From positions 8,663 to 72,662 of the forward strand of contig JBDRGY010000013.1 in assembly GCA_043817315.1 (NCBI GenBank): a stretch of DNA of 64,000 nucleotides. The letters are read 5' to 3'. A program made the position numbers and the translations under genes. This DNA is from Patescibacteria group bacterium (GTDB lineage: Bacteria; Patescibacteriota; Patescibacteriia; JBDRGY01). A model generated the notes under the pieces. That model saw nothing but the letters and a program-made list of their open reading frames with translations. It searched no databases and had not been told where the DNA came from. Numbering within the stretch: the first letter of the stretch is position 1; every line of letters begins with the position of its first letter. Below, piece by piece: positions 9,993 to 18,191 of the stretch.

Positions 9993-10067
9993 TGGCAGGG
10001 TTGGAGGGAATCGAACCCCCGTATCAGGTTTTGGACCCCGTCGCTCGCGAGTGACGGGGTGGAGACC
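9993..10067 (-). pseudogene. 3' half of a tRNA-Trp with a 24-nt palindrome in the anticodon
   Basis: Minus strand: GGTCTCCA[CCCCGTCACTCGCGAGCGACGGGG]TCCAAAACCTG-ATAC-GGGGGTTCGATTCCCTC-CAACCCT-GCCA; no 5' half adjacent. Confidence 0.85.
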
Positions 10068-10089
10068 CACAACATTTACAGAAAACTGA

Positions 10090-10165
10090 TGGCAGGGGCG
10101 CTAGGACTTGAACCCAGCCTTGAGGTTTTGGAGACCCCCGTGCTAGCCACTAACACTACGCCCCC
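10090..10165 (-). tRNA. tRNA-Trp(CCA)
   Basis: GGGGGCG...GGGGT-CTCCAAA-ACCTC...CTGGG-TTCAAGT-CCTAG-CGCCCCT-GCCA; 76 nt with encoded CCA. Confidence 0.93.
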
Positions 10166-10169
10166 ATCA

Positions 10170-10442
10170 TCAGGTTTCTGTTTTTTTAATATTCAAGCTC
10201 TTTGCTATTCGTTTCTTAAGTGCCATATAAACCGATCCGCTTTTCTTTATTCTCTTTTCCCTTATTTTGGAATCTTCTCTGTTTCTATAGGATTCATAGT
10301 AAACTAACTGAACAGGTAGCTTATTCTTAGTTGTAAATACCTTCCCTTTATTATGATCTTTTAGTCTTTGTTTTAAATGATCCGTTCTACCAATATACAG
10401 TTTGCCGTCATTAGCGCTTTTTAATAGATACACATAATACAT
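10170..10442 (-). CDS. stand-alone GIY-YIG nuclease family protein
   Basis: YYVYLLKS...LYIGRT...RLKDHN...TT...LVYYE...REKRIK. Confidence 0.92.
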   Translation of the reverse strand: MYYVYLLKSANDGKLYIGRTDHLKQRLKDHNKGKVFTTKNKLPVQLVYYESYRNREDSKIREKRIKKSGSVYMALKKRIAKSLNIKKTET

Positions 10443-10477
10443 TCATGTGGGATTATTAATTAATCCCCGTCGTTCTC

Positions 10478-10659
10478 GGTTTTGGACCACGTCAGTCGCG
10501 GAACCCCGTCATCCGGGGATGACAGGGACTGACGTAGTGGAGACCTGCGTTCTACATTGCCAGCCAGAGGCTGGTCCGCCCCGGGCGGAAACTATCCCTA
10601 GGTCGCCTGCAGCGACCGGGATCCCGGCCCCGCGGACAGCGGGGACCAGGGACACCCCC
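10478..10659 (-). pseudogene. 5' half of a tRNA-Trp carrying three palindromic insertions
   Basis: Removing the inserts (about 10595-10652, 10560-10589, 10487-10537) leaves GGGGGTG-TAGTT..AATGTAGAACG-CAGGT-CTCCAAA-ACC; no T-arm follows. Confidence 0.75.
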
Positions 10660-10665
10660 AAAATA

Positions 10666-11754
10666 TTATCGGCTTTTCTTTTTACCTTTAATAAATTCTT
10701 CTGTCAACTGGTGGGCTTCTTCATCGGTATATTGAATAGCCGGTGATTTCATAAAGTAGGCAGAAGGACCGAATAAAGTGCCGGATATCTTTCTGTCCAG
10801 GGCCAATTTTATACAACGAATGGCATCAATAACCACCCCGGCTGAATTGGGTGAATCTTCTACCGACAAACGGCATTCTACATTCATAGGCACATCACCA
10901 AAATGTCGGCTCTCTATTCTTAAGTAACAAATCTTATTATCTTTCTGCCAAGGCACGTAATCGGAAGGTCCGACGTGGATATTCTCATCTTTAATGGACA
11001 ATCCCCTTCTTTCTATCTGGGATTTAACTGCATTGGTTTTTGAAATCTTCTTTGAAGATAGCCTGGCTCTTTCTAACATGTTTAGAAAATCCGTGTTGCC
11101 ACCAATATTCAATTGATAAGTACGGTCAATTGGCATCCCTCTGTCTAAAAATAAATTAGTCAAAGTACGGTGTAGAATTGTGGCTCCCACTTGAGACTTA
11201 ATATCATCCCCTATAATCGGCAGTTTCCTTTGCTTAAACCGACCTTGCCAGTATTTCTCTCGGGCGATAAATACCGGAATACAGTTTACAAAACCACAAC
11301 CGGCATCTAAGACCTGCTCTACATACCACTTAGTGGCATGTTCACTGCCGACTGGCAGATAATTAATGACAACATCGGTTTTGGTTTGCTTTAAAATTTT
11401 GACGATATCATCAGTAGGACCAGGTGCTTTTTTGATTATAACGTACTTGCCTAAACCATCATGAGTCATTCCTCGATGAACTTTAACGCCCAGCTTGGGA
11501 ACTGGGGAGAATTTCTTGGTGTTATTGGGCTTTACCCAAATGGCTTGGCTTAAATCTTTGCCAACTTTGTTGGCGTTGATGTCAAAAGCAGCAGTAAATT
11601 CAATATCCCGGATATGATAACCTCCCAGAGTGACATGCATTAAACCCGGTACCGTATCAGCAGCCTTGGCCTTACGATAGTATTGAACACCTTGAATTAA
11701 AGAAGAAGCACAATTACCCACACCAATTATACCTACTCGAATTTTCTTCTTCAT
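10666..11754 (-). CDS. ino1: inositol-3-phosphate synthase
   Basis: GVGNCASSL; NYLPVGS; [11 protein letters not shown]; GGNTDFLNM; EDSPNSAG. Confidence 0.95.
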   Translation of the reverse strand: MKKKIRVGIIGVGNCASSLIQGVQYYRKAKAADTVPGLMHVTLGGYHIRDIEFTAAFDINANKVGKDLSQAIWVKPNNTKKFSPVPKLGVKVHRGMTHDGLGKYVIIKKAPGPTDDIVKILKQTKTDVVINYLPVGSEHATKWYVEQVLDAGCGFVNCIPVFIAREKYWQGRFKQRKLPIIGDDIKSQVGATILHRTLTNLFLDRGMPIDRTYQLNIGGNTDFLNMLERARLSSKKISKTNAVKSQIERRGLSIKDENIHVGPSDYVPWQKDNKICYLRIESRHFGDVPMNVECRLSVEDSPNSAGVVIDAIRCIKLALDRKISGTLFGPSAYFMKSPAIQYTDEEAHQLTEEFIKGKKKSR

Positions 11755-11773
11755 ATATCCTCCTGATATATTA

Positions 11774-11929
11774 TTATTTGGTCTCTTTATGGGGAGTATG
11801 CTTCTGGCACCATTTACAGAATTTTTTCAATTCTAAACGATTGCGCAGAGTTTTCTTATTTTTCTTGGAAAAATAATTAACCCTTTTGCATTCGGTGCAT
11901 TCCATTTTGATCAGATTGTCCTGTGACAT
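11774..11929 (-). CDS. rpmG: 50S ribosomal protein L33
   Basis: True start MSQDNLIK at 11929; CxxC...[10 protein letters not shown]...HKETK. Confidence 0.95.
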   Translation of the reverse strand: MSQDNLIKMECTECKRVNYFSKKNKKTLRNRLELKKFCKWCQKHTPHKETK

Positions 11930-11960
11930 AGAAATATGTTTAATATTTTTTGGGTAACTC

Positions 11961-12055
11961 TGGAGCCAAGGAAGCCCCGGATCGCAGTCCGGGGGAACCC
12001 CCAACCTGCTGTTTATGCCGCCTTAGGCGGCACCCCGCCAGAGGCGGTAGCAAAC
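11961..12055 (-). pseudogene. duplicated 3' half of tRNA-Thr(TGT) with palindromic inserts
   Basis: Minus strand: GTTTG[CTACCGCCTCTGGCGGGG TGCCGCCTAAGGCGGCA]TAAACAGCAGGTTGGGGGTT[CCCCCGGACTGCGATCCGGGG]CTTCCTTGGCTCCA. Confidence 0.8.
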
Positions 12056-12085
12056 ATCGCCATAATTACTTACGAGGTGGCTCAA

Positions 12086-12157
12086 AGCCGAGGAAGGGAA
12101 TCGAACCCCCAACCTGCTGTTTACAAAACAGCTGCTCTACCATTGAGCTACCTCGGC
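12086..12157 (-). tRNA. tRNA-Thr(TGT)
   Basis: GCCGAGG-TAGCTCAATGGTAGAGC-A-GCTGT-TTTGTAA-ACAGC...GGGGG-TTCGATT-CCCTT-CCTCGGC-T; CCA not encoded. Confidence 0.93.
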
Positions 12158-12174
12158 AAAACTTGGGGTGGTTG

Positions 12175-12260
12175 TGGTGGGCGGAGTAGGATTCGAACCT
12201 ACGAAGGCAAAAGCCATCTGATTTACAGTCAGACCCAGTTGACCACTTTGGTATCCGCCC
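12175..12260 (-). tRNA. tRNA-Tyr(GTA)
   Basis: GGGCGGA...TCTGA-CTGTAAA-TCAGA, long variable arm, GTAGG-TTCGAAT-CCTAC-TCCGCCC-ACCA. Confidence 0.95.
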
Positions 12261-12419
12261 ATATGTATTTTAAATAACCCTATTCATTTTTTTATGAATC
12301 TGATTTATCCCATAGCCCGCTAGACGCAGTAGCGTCTGAGGAGTGAGGGGCACTCATGCGGAGGTTGAAGCGGAAGAAATTTGATTACTGGAACGCAAGC
12401 CGAAGCATGAGATGAGCTG

Positions 12420-12635
12420 AGCCCAGAAGCGGACTCGAACCGCTGACCTACTCCTTACCATGGAGTTGCCTGCCCGCCAAGCGCCTGGAGCCGACGGTCG
12501 GACTTGAACCGACGACCTACTCCTTACCATGGAGTTGCTCTACCACTGAGCTACGTCGGCACTAGGCGACTGGCAGGCGGGCTCTACCTCAGCCAGGGGC
12601 TGACCCGCCTTTGGCGGGAGCTGAGGTATCTGGGC
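12420..12635 (-). pseudogene. interrupted outer tRNA-Thr(GGT)
   Basis: GCCCAGA-TACCTCAGC[double hairpin]GGTAGAGC[IR + nested tRNA + IR]AACTCC-ATGGTAA-GGAGT-AGGTC-AGCGG-TTCGAGT-CCGCT-TCTGGGC-T. Confidence 0.85.
12486..12560 (-). tRNA. tRNA-Thr(GGT), intact, nested inside the interrupted copy
   Basis: GCCGACG-TAGCTCAGTGGTAGAGC-A-ACTCC-ATGGTAA-GGAGT-AGGTC-GTCGG-TTCAAGT-CCGAC-CGTCGGC-TCCA. Confidence 0.95.
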
Positions 12636-12638
12636 GTA

Positions 12639-13454
12639 TTATTTTTTGATTTTTAAATCCTTTTCCAATACTTTCACCCTTTCCTCAAATTCAGTTATCT
12701 TCTGGTTGTCGGGATTGACTTCTTTCAATTTATCAAGGCACTCTAAGGCTACCACTTTATCTTTAGTTTCCAAACAGGTGTCTAACATGCAGTCCAATAT
12801 TTTTGGATTGTTCGGTTCAATCTCCAGGGCCTTGGCAAAATTCTTGATGGCCAGTCGTGTATTGTCCTGTCTCAAGGCCAGGAGGCCAAGGTCATGATAC
12901 ACCAAGGCATTGTTGGGATCAATTCGCAGCAGATGTGAAAAAGTCTCGTGAGCAAAGTCAAACTCTTTCATTTCCATATACAGTTCTCCCAGGCGTTCAA
13001 AAGCTTCCAGGTTGTCACTGTCCAGTGATATGATTTCAATATACTTCTTTTCAGCCTCTTTTACCTTCTCTGCTTTCTCTAAATCGTCCGCCTCTTGTAG
13101 TAATTGGCTTACTTTTGTTTTGACCTTGGCTCGATCAGTGCTCTTTTGGGGTGCTTGAATTTTCTGAGTATAATTTTTTTCTAGGGCGATCACCTTACGG
13201 TAGGAACGACGGAATGACTCCCGTATCTTCTGGGTTACTGGTACTGCATATTTAACAACTTGTTTGAAAATATTATCAAGTTTTCTGGTCAACCTTTTTT
13301 CCATTAAGTCTTTTTTAACTTCCTTCTGCAGCTGTTTGGGTACGGCTTGAGTGTTTATTGCAGACAAGGCAGGAAACTTACGCACCACAATAATCACAAT
13401 AATCCCCATCCCCATGATAATGACGCCTAACAATATGTAGTCTAATAGAGTCAT
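12639..13454 (-). CDS. membrane-anchored TPR-repeat protein
   Basis: N-terminal TM; TPR units (AFERLGELY...LLRIDPNN, ALEIEPNN). Confidence 0.85.
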   Translation of the reverse strand: MTLLDYILLGVIIMGMGIIVIIVVRKFPALSAINTQAVPKQLQKEVKKDLMEKRLTRKLDNIFKQVVKYAVPVTQKIRESFRRSYRKVIALEKNYTQKIQAPQKSTDRAKVKTKVSQLLQEADDLEKAEKVKEAEKKYIEIISLDSDNLEAFERLGELYMEMKEFDFAHETFSHLLRIDPNNALVYHDLGLLALRQDNTRLAIKNFAKALEIEPNNPKILDCMLDTCLETKDKVVALECLDKLKEVNPDNQKITEFEERVKVLEKDLKIKK

Positions 13455-14281
13455 TGTTTTTTAGATTGAAGTTTTAGACACTGTTCACTACCTGGAATTT
13501 CTACTTCGATATAGGAATTATCCTCAATCCTGACGTCAACAGAATGTTTCAAAATATTCCAAGCTACTACCTCTCCTTTGCCTTGTTTAGTCTTAATAAT
13601 ACTGCCCAACTGCGGCAAATCCTTGCTACAGGTTTTGTATAGTTCTTCTTCGTAGGCCAGGCAACACATTAAACGACCACAAGATCCGGAAATTCTTTCA
13701 CTGCCCCGGTGGGCTACTTGCTGGGCCCGGGCCAAATCAGAAGAAACATTACCCAAATTATCCAAGAACTTACGGCAACACATAGGACGACCGCAGACTC
13801 CAATATCCCCTAGCCTTTTAGTTTCGTCTCGAATTCCAATCTGTTGCAAACGGATTGATTTTTGAAAGATATGCGAAAGATCTTTTACCAAATTACGAAA
13901 GTCCACACGAGAATCAGCCGTAAAGGTAAATACTATTCTGCCGCCATCGAAAGAAAATTCGCAATCTACAAGATTCATCGGCAAATTATGCTTCTTGATC
14001 AGGTGACGGCACTTATCCAGAACCTCTTCTTTCTGTTCGTTGTGCTGCTCCAGCTTGGCCAAATCTTCAGTTGTTACTTTACGAACCACCGAATTGACAG
14101 GCTCTGGTTGGTCATCACCGTCTTTCTTGTCTGTCTCAACGGCTAGCTGGGTTACCTCCCCCAGTTCCAAACCGGAGTCAGCTTTTATTATTACCCGATC
14201 ACCCGTTTTCAAATCAAACCGGCCACCGTCATATAACTGCGGCTGATCCCAAAAGTGCATTCTGACAAAAGCTTTTGACAT
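13451..14281 (-). CDS. PSP1-domain protein (RicT/YaaT family)
   Basis: FTADSRVDFRNLVKDL...RQIG-like...CGRPMCC...ISGSCGRLMCCLAYE. Confidence 0.92.
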   Translation of the reverse strand: MSKAFVRMHFWDQPQLYDGGRFDLKTGDRVIIKADSGLELGEVTQLAVETDKKDGDDQPEPVNSVVRKVTTEDLAKLEQHNEQKEEVLDKCRHLIKKHNLPMNLVDCEFSFDGGRIVFTFTADSRVDFRNLVKDLSHIFQKSIRLQQIGIRDETKRLGDIGVCGRPMCCRKFLDNLGNVSSDLARAQQVAHRGSERISGSCGRLMCCLAYEEELYKTCSKDLPQLGSIIKTKQGKGEVVAWNILKHSVDVRIEDNSYIEVEIPGSEQCLKLQSKKQ

Positions 14282-14284
14282 TTC

Positions 14285-14860
14285 CTATAAAGCAAAGCGA
14301 ATAAACTTTTTTATTTGGATATTTTCACCCAACTTGGTAATTGCCTCGTTAACCAATTCTTCAATCACTTTTTTGTCGTCCTTGATAAATTTCTGCTTGG
14401 TCAAACAAACCTCTTCATAATACTTATGCAATTTACCCTCCAAGATTTTTTTCATTACCTTGTCAGGTTTCTTTTCTTTTTTAATTTGCACTTTAAATAT
14501 CTCTTTTTCTTTGGCAATTTCTTTTTCAGGAACATCTTCAGGGGCTAAATAGGAAGGATTAGTGGCCACTACTTGCATAGCCAGATCATGAGCCAATTCA
14601 ATAAACTGTTCATTCCTGGCTACGAAATCGGTTTCACAGCTCAGTTCAACCATGGCTCCCACCTTACGATTAGCATGAATATATGCCTCGACTACACCCT
14701 CGGATGTTTGACGACCTGCCTTTTTGTCGACTAACTTCTGTCCCTGCTTTCTCAATATCTCTATGGCTTTATCCAAATCATCTGTTTGATCCAGCGCCGA
14801 TTTACAATCCAGGATGGAGGCACCCGTTATTTCTCTCAATTTTATTATCTTATCTTTCAT
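14285..14860 (-). CDS. tsf: elongation factor Ts (short form)
   Basis: LREITGA..DCK; ELSCETDFVARN; downstream of rpsB. Confidence 0.95.
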   Translation of the reverse strand: MKDKIIKLREITGASILDCKSALDQTDDLDKAIEILRKQGQKLVDKKAGRQTSEGVVEAYIHANRKVGAMVELSCETDFVARNEQFIELAHDLAMQVVATNPSYLAPEDVPEKEIAKEKEIFKVQIKKEKKPDKVMKKILEGKLHKYYEEVCLTKQKFIKDDKKVIEELVNEAITKLGENIQIKKFIRFAL

Positions 14861-14875
14861 TGATTTATTCCTTTT

Positions 14876-15721
14876 TTAAGATTTTAAGGCCTGGCTGGCA
14901 GCAACTTCTTTTTCTTGTTCCTCAATGTTTTCAATATTCTTTTTTACATCTTCTTTCACCTTTACTTCATCCTCTTTGGTCTTGGGTTTAGCTTCTGGCT
15001 TGTCATCAGCCTCTTTCTTTGGTTCTGGCTTAATCATTTTCTCTGATTGACCCTCTTTGACAGCCTCGGCAATTAATCCACTAAACAATTCTATTGATTT
15101 GGTGGCATCATCATTACCGGGAATAGGATAAGTTACTTTTCCCGGATCAACATTGGTATCCACCATGGCCACAACCGGAATACCTTTTTTGATCGCTTCT
15201 CTGACAGCTGTATTCTCTTCTTTGATATCAATGACAAACATGGCCTCGGGCAGCTTGTTCATGTTTTCCATTCCGCCGACCAATTTTTCCAACTTATCCA
15301 TTTCACGTTGGTAGACCGATCTCTCTTTCTTTGAGTATTTCTTGATTTCACCGGACCCGAATTTGTTGCGTAAATCTTTCAACCGGGCCACTAACTTAGA
15401 GACGTTGACATAATTGGTAAAAGTACCACCCAGCCATTTTTCTGTTATGAAAGGCATGCCACATTCTTTGGCATACTTGGCTATGATATCCTTGGCCTGC
15501 CTCTTGGTGCCCAGGAATAAAACAAGGCCGCCATTTTGTGCTGTCTTTTTAACAAACTCAAGAGCTTCTTCCAGCTTGGCCGCCGTAATCTCCAAATTAA
15601 TAATGTGGACGCCATTACGAGCCGTAAAAATATACGGCTTCATTTTGGGGTGCCATTTAGCGGTTTGGTGGCCAAAATGAACCCCAGATTTCAACATTTC
15701 CAACAACGAAATTTCTTTCAT
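14876..15721 (-). CDS. rpsB: 30S ribosomal protein S2
   Basis: GVHFGH..WHPKM; WLGGTFTN; DTNVDP; PGNDD. Confidence 0.97.
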   Translation of the reverse strand: MKEISLLEMLKSGVHFGHQTAKWHPKMKPYIFTARNGVHIINLEITAAKLEEALEFVKKTAQNGGLVLFLGTKRQAKDIIAKYAKECGMPFITEKWLGGTFTNYVNVSKLVARLKDLRNKFGSGEIKKYSKKERSVYQREMDKLEKLVGGMENMNKLPEAMFVIDIKEENTAVREAIKKGIPVVAMVDTNVDPGKVTYPIPGNDDATKSIELFSGLIAEAVKEGQSEKMIKPEPKKEADDKPEAKPKTKEDEVKVKEDVKKNIENIEEQEKEVAASQALKS

Positions 15722-15904
15722 ATTTTTTCCTTTCTTCCTCTACTTTCCTCTTTTAAATCAGTAATCTAATTACTTAGACAAGGTTCTGATTTGTCAGAAA
15801 GTATGTGTGATTATTACTTATTTTTGATAGTTCTTATCTTAACTGATATTGGGGGAAAAATCAAGGGATAAAACAGGGGCCGCAGAATTGATATCTTTGG
15901 CCCC

Positions 15905-16264
15905 CTATTTGTCTCTTGGCACCAGAAGCTTTAGGCGATCTAGATCTTGATCGTAGAGCACTAAAGGCACTATCTTCTCCCCGTCATAGATCCAGACCTT
16001 GATCCACTCCTGACGATGGGTCTCGATTCTTCCTTCTGGGCTTACCATAAGCCCAAAGCTGTCTCTCCGCAGATTCTTAATCTGCCCAACAACCTCCTTG
16101 CCCGGATTGCGATAGACAACATAATGTCTCAGTTTGATCTCGGCAAAACAACCAACTGACAACTCGTAGTAGTCCTCCAGGGTAAGATCAAGTCCCTCAC
16201 CCAAAGGAGAACGGCAGCCCAGTAGAACCAGCAGCATGATGTTGACAATCAGCAGCCGACACAT
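15905..16264 (-). CDS. hypothetical lipoprotein (GC-rich solo cassette)
   Basis: Lipobox LLGC; SD GGGAGGA; own promoter; hairpin at 15876-15904. Confidence 0.6.
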   Translation of the reverse strand: MCRLLIVNIMLLVLLGCRSPLGEGLDLTLEDYYELSVGCFAEIKLRHYVVYRNPGKEVVGQIKNLRRDSFGLMVSPEGRIETHRQEWIKVWIYDGEKIVPLVLYDQDLDRLKLLVPRDK

Positions 16265-16309
16265 GGCGCTATCCTCCCTTCTTTAATAAGGAACACTGTT
16301 TTTCAAATG

Positions 16310-16338
16310 ATACTATCACGGTTTGGAGTAAATGTCAA
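16310..16338 (-). promoter_or_regulatory. sigma70 promoter
   Basis: Minus strand TTGACA-17 nt-TAGTAT. Confidence 0.7.
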
Positions 16339-16366
16339 TAGGAATATATTATGATATGATATTTAT

Positions 16367-16849
16367 ATGGAATACGAAGGGAAAATCTGGAGAATTTTAA
16401 CAAATACTTGGACTGTAGTGGCCATTATCTTGTTTACCTTTGATTTTGCTTCGGCTAACCGCTACGATTCCTCAATGGGGGCCGTGGCAGCTATCTATAT
16501 TGCCATCCTCAGTATCTACGTTGGAACAAAGGAATTTGAACGCTGGCAGTCTCACTATTCTGACAATTATTACGGAGAAATCTACGTGATTATCTGGACC
16601 ATCTTCGTCTTGATTGCCTCTACCACCGCTCCCTTTACCAAGATGTTTCAGGTGCCTACCGAATTGGTAATCGTCTATACGGTGGTGCTCAGCATTTTCG
16701 CCCTGAGTCGTCGTTCTAAAACCCTTTATTTCCGTAAAGGGGCCACCCAGATGAAACCCTTGGCAAATTATAAAAAGTATGTTAAGGTAAAAAAACGCCA
16801 GAAAAGGAAAAATAATGAAAAAAGAAATCCATCCCAAATATTTCCCTAA
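16367..16849 (+). CDS. hypothetical membrane protein
   Basis: 4 TM segments, basic tail; TATGAT 6 nt before the ATG (leaderless-type start). Confidence 0.7.
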   Translation: MEYEGKIWRILTNTWTVVAIILFTFDFASANRYDSSMGAVAAIYIAILSIYVGTKEFERWQSHYSDNYYGEIYVIIWTIFVLIASTTAPFTKMFQVPTELVIVYTVVLSIFALSRRSKTLYFRKGATQMKPLANYKKYVKVKKRQKRKNNEKRNPSQIFP

Positions 16850-17087
16850 GGCCAAGATAAAATGCGCCTGCGGGGCCGAATACACTGTCGGCTCTACGGT
16901 ACCGGAAGTGGAAGTGGAAATTTGCTCCAATTGCCACCCTTTTTATACTGGTAAACAAAAGCTGGTTGATACTGCCAGAAGGGTTGATCGTTTTGAAAGA
17001 ATCCGTCAAAAATCTGCAGATCTGAAAAAAGACCGTCCCACCAAAAAAACCAGAATCAAGAAAAAAGAAAGCAAGAAAGATAAATAA
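16815..17087 (+). CDS. rpmE: 50S ribosomal protein L31
   Basis: MKKEIHPKY...CACG...[15 protein letters not shown]. Confidence 0.97.
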   Translation: MKKEIHPKYFPKAKIKCACGAEYTVGSTVPEVEVEICSNCHPFYTGKQKLVDTARRVDRFERIRQKSADLKKDRPTKKTRIKKKESKKDK

Positions 17088-17138
17088 CAACTTACAATGG
17101 AAACTTCACCTTTTGGGGTGAAGTTTTTAAAATGGGAT

Positions 17139-18191
17139 ATGGAACAAAAAATCGAAGATTTGAGAACCAAGCATCAACAACTGGAAAAGCAACTCCAGGA
17201 TCCTTCGGTTACCGGTGATCAAAACAAATTGCAAAAGGTAGCCAAAGAATATGACGAACTGAAAGAAGTCATCAGTAAAGATGAAGAATTAAAAAAAATC
17301 AAAGAAGACCTGAAACAAGCTGAGGATACTCTAAAGGAGTCCGACGATCAGGAACTGCAGCAGATGGCTAAAGACGAAGTTAACATTCTAGTTCAGAAAA
17401 AAAGTGACCTGGAACAATGGCTGGATCTATATTTCAATCCGGCTGATCCCATGGACAAAAAAGATATTATCGTAGAAATCAGAGCCGGAGTAGGAGGCGA
17501 TGAAGCCGCTTTATTTGCCGCAGATTTATTTAGAATGTTCTCCAAGTTCGCCGAATTAAAAGGCTGGAAAACTGTTTTGCTCAATACCAGCCGCACCGGC
17601 ATCGGCGGTTTTAAAGAAGTTACCTTTGAAATCACGGGCAACAGTGTCTATTCCCATCTTAAATATGAAATGGGGGTACATCGGGTACAACGAATCCCGG
17701 AAACGGAAAAATCAGGCCGAGTGCACACTTCCACCGCTACCGTGGCAATTCTGCCTGAAGCCGAAGAAACCGATTTGGAGATCAAACAGGAAGATATTAG
17801 GGTGGACGTTTTTCACGCTTCTGGGCACGGCGGACAGAGTGTGAATACAACCGATTCAGCGGTCCGCATTACCCATTTGCCCACCGATACTGTAGCCACT
17901 TGCCAAGATGAAAAGTCCCAGCACAAAAACCGTGATAAGGCTATGAAAGTTCTACGCTCTAGATTACTAGCTGAAAAAGAAGCCAAGGAAAGAAAAGAAC
18001 GCTCGGAGCAACGCAGTCTGCAAATCGGCTGGGGCATGCGGGCCGAGAAGATCAGAACCTATAATTATCCCCAAGATAGAATCACTGACCACCGTATCAA
18101 AAAATCCTGGCACGGTATTGATAAGATACTGAATGGAGAACTGGAACCGATTATTACCGCTTTTAAACAGGAAGAAAAAAAGAAAGCATGA
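17139..18191 (+). CDS. prfA: peptide chain release factor 1
   Basis: GVHRVQRIPETE (PxT motif); GHGGQSVN; RTYNYPQDR; start probably 17139, after the hairpin at 17101-17126. Confidence 0.96.
   Translation: MEQKIEDLRTKHQQLEKQLQDPSVTGDQNKLQKVAKEYDELKEVISKDEELKKIKEDLKQAEDTLKESDDQELQQMAKDEVNILVQKKSDLEQWLDLYFNPADPMDKKDIIVEIRAGVGGDEAALFAADLFRMFSKFAELKGWKTVLLNTSRTGIGGFKEVTFEITGNSVYSHLKYEMGVHRVQRIPETEKSGRVHTSTATVAILPEAEETDLEIKQEDIRVDVFHASGHGGQSVNTTDSAVRITHLPTDTVATCQDEKSQHKNRDKAMKVLRSRLLAEKEAKERKERSEQRSLQIGWGMRAEKIRTYNYPQDRITDHRIKKSWHGIDKILNGELEPIITAFKQEEKKKA

Noticed and set aside
10068-10477. Group I intron in the tRNA-Trp anticodon
   Set aside because: The insert is almost fully occupied by an ORF and a complete tRNA, no P3-P7 core is recognisable, and the ends are duplicated; a covariance search would be decisive
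9960-12277. Track ORFs 9960-10307, 10447-10746, 11936-12277, 11950-12189 and the N-terminal extension of rpmG
   Set aside because: They are antisense to or overlap tRNAs, tRNA fragments and GC palindromes, which suppress stop codons; the sequences are not protein-like
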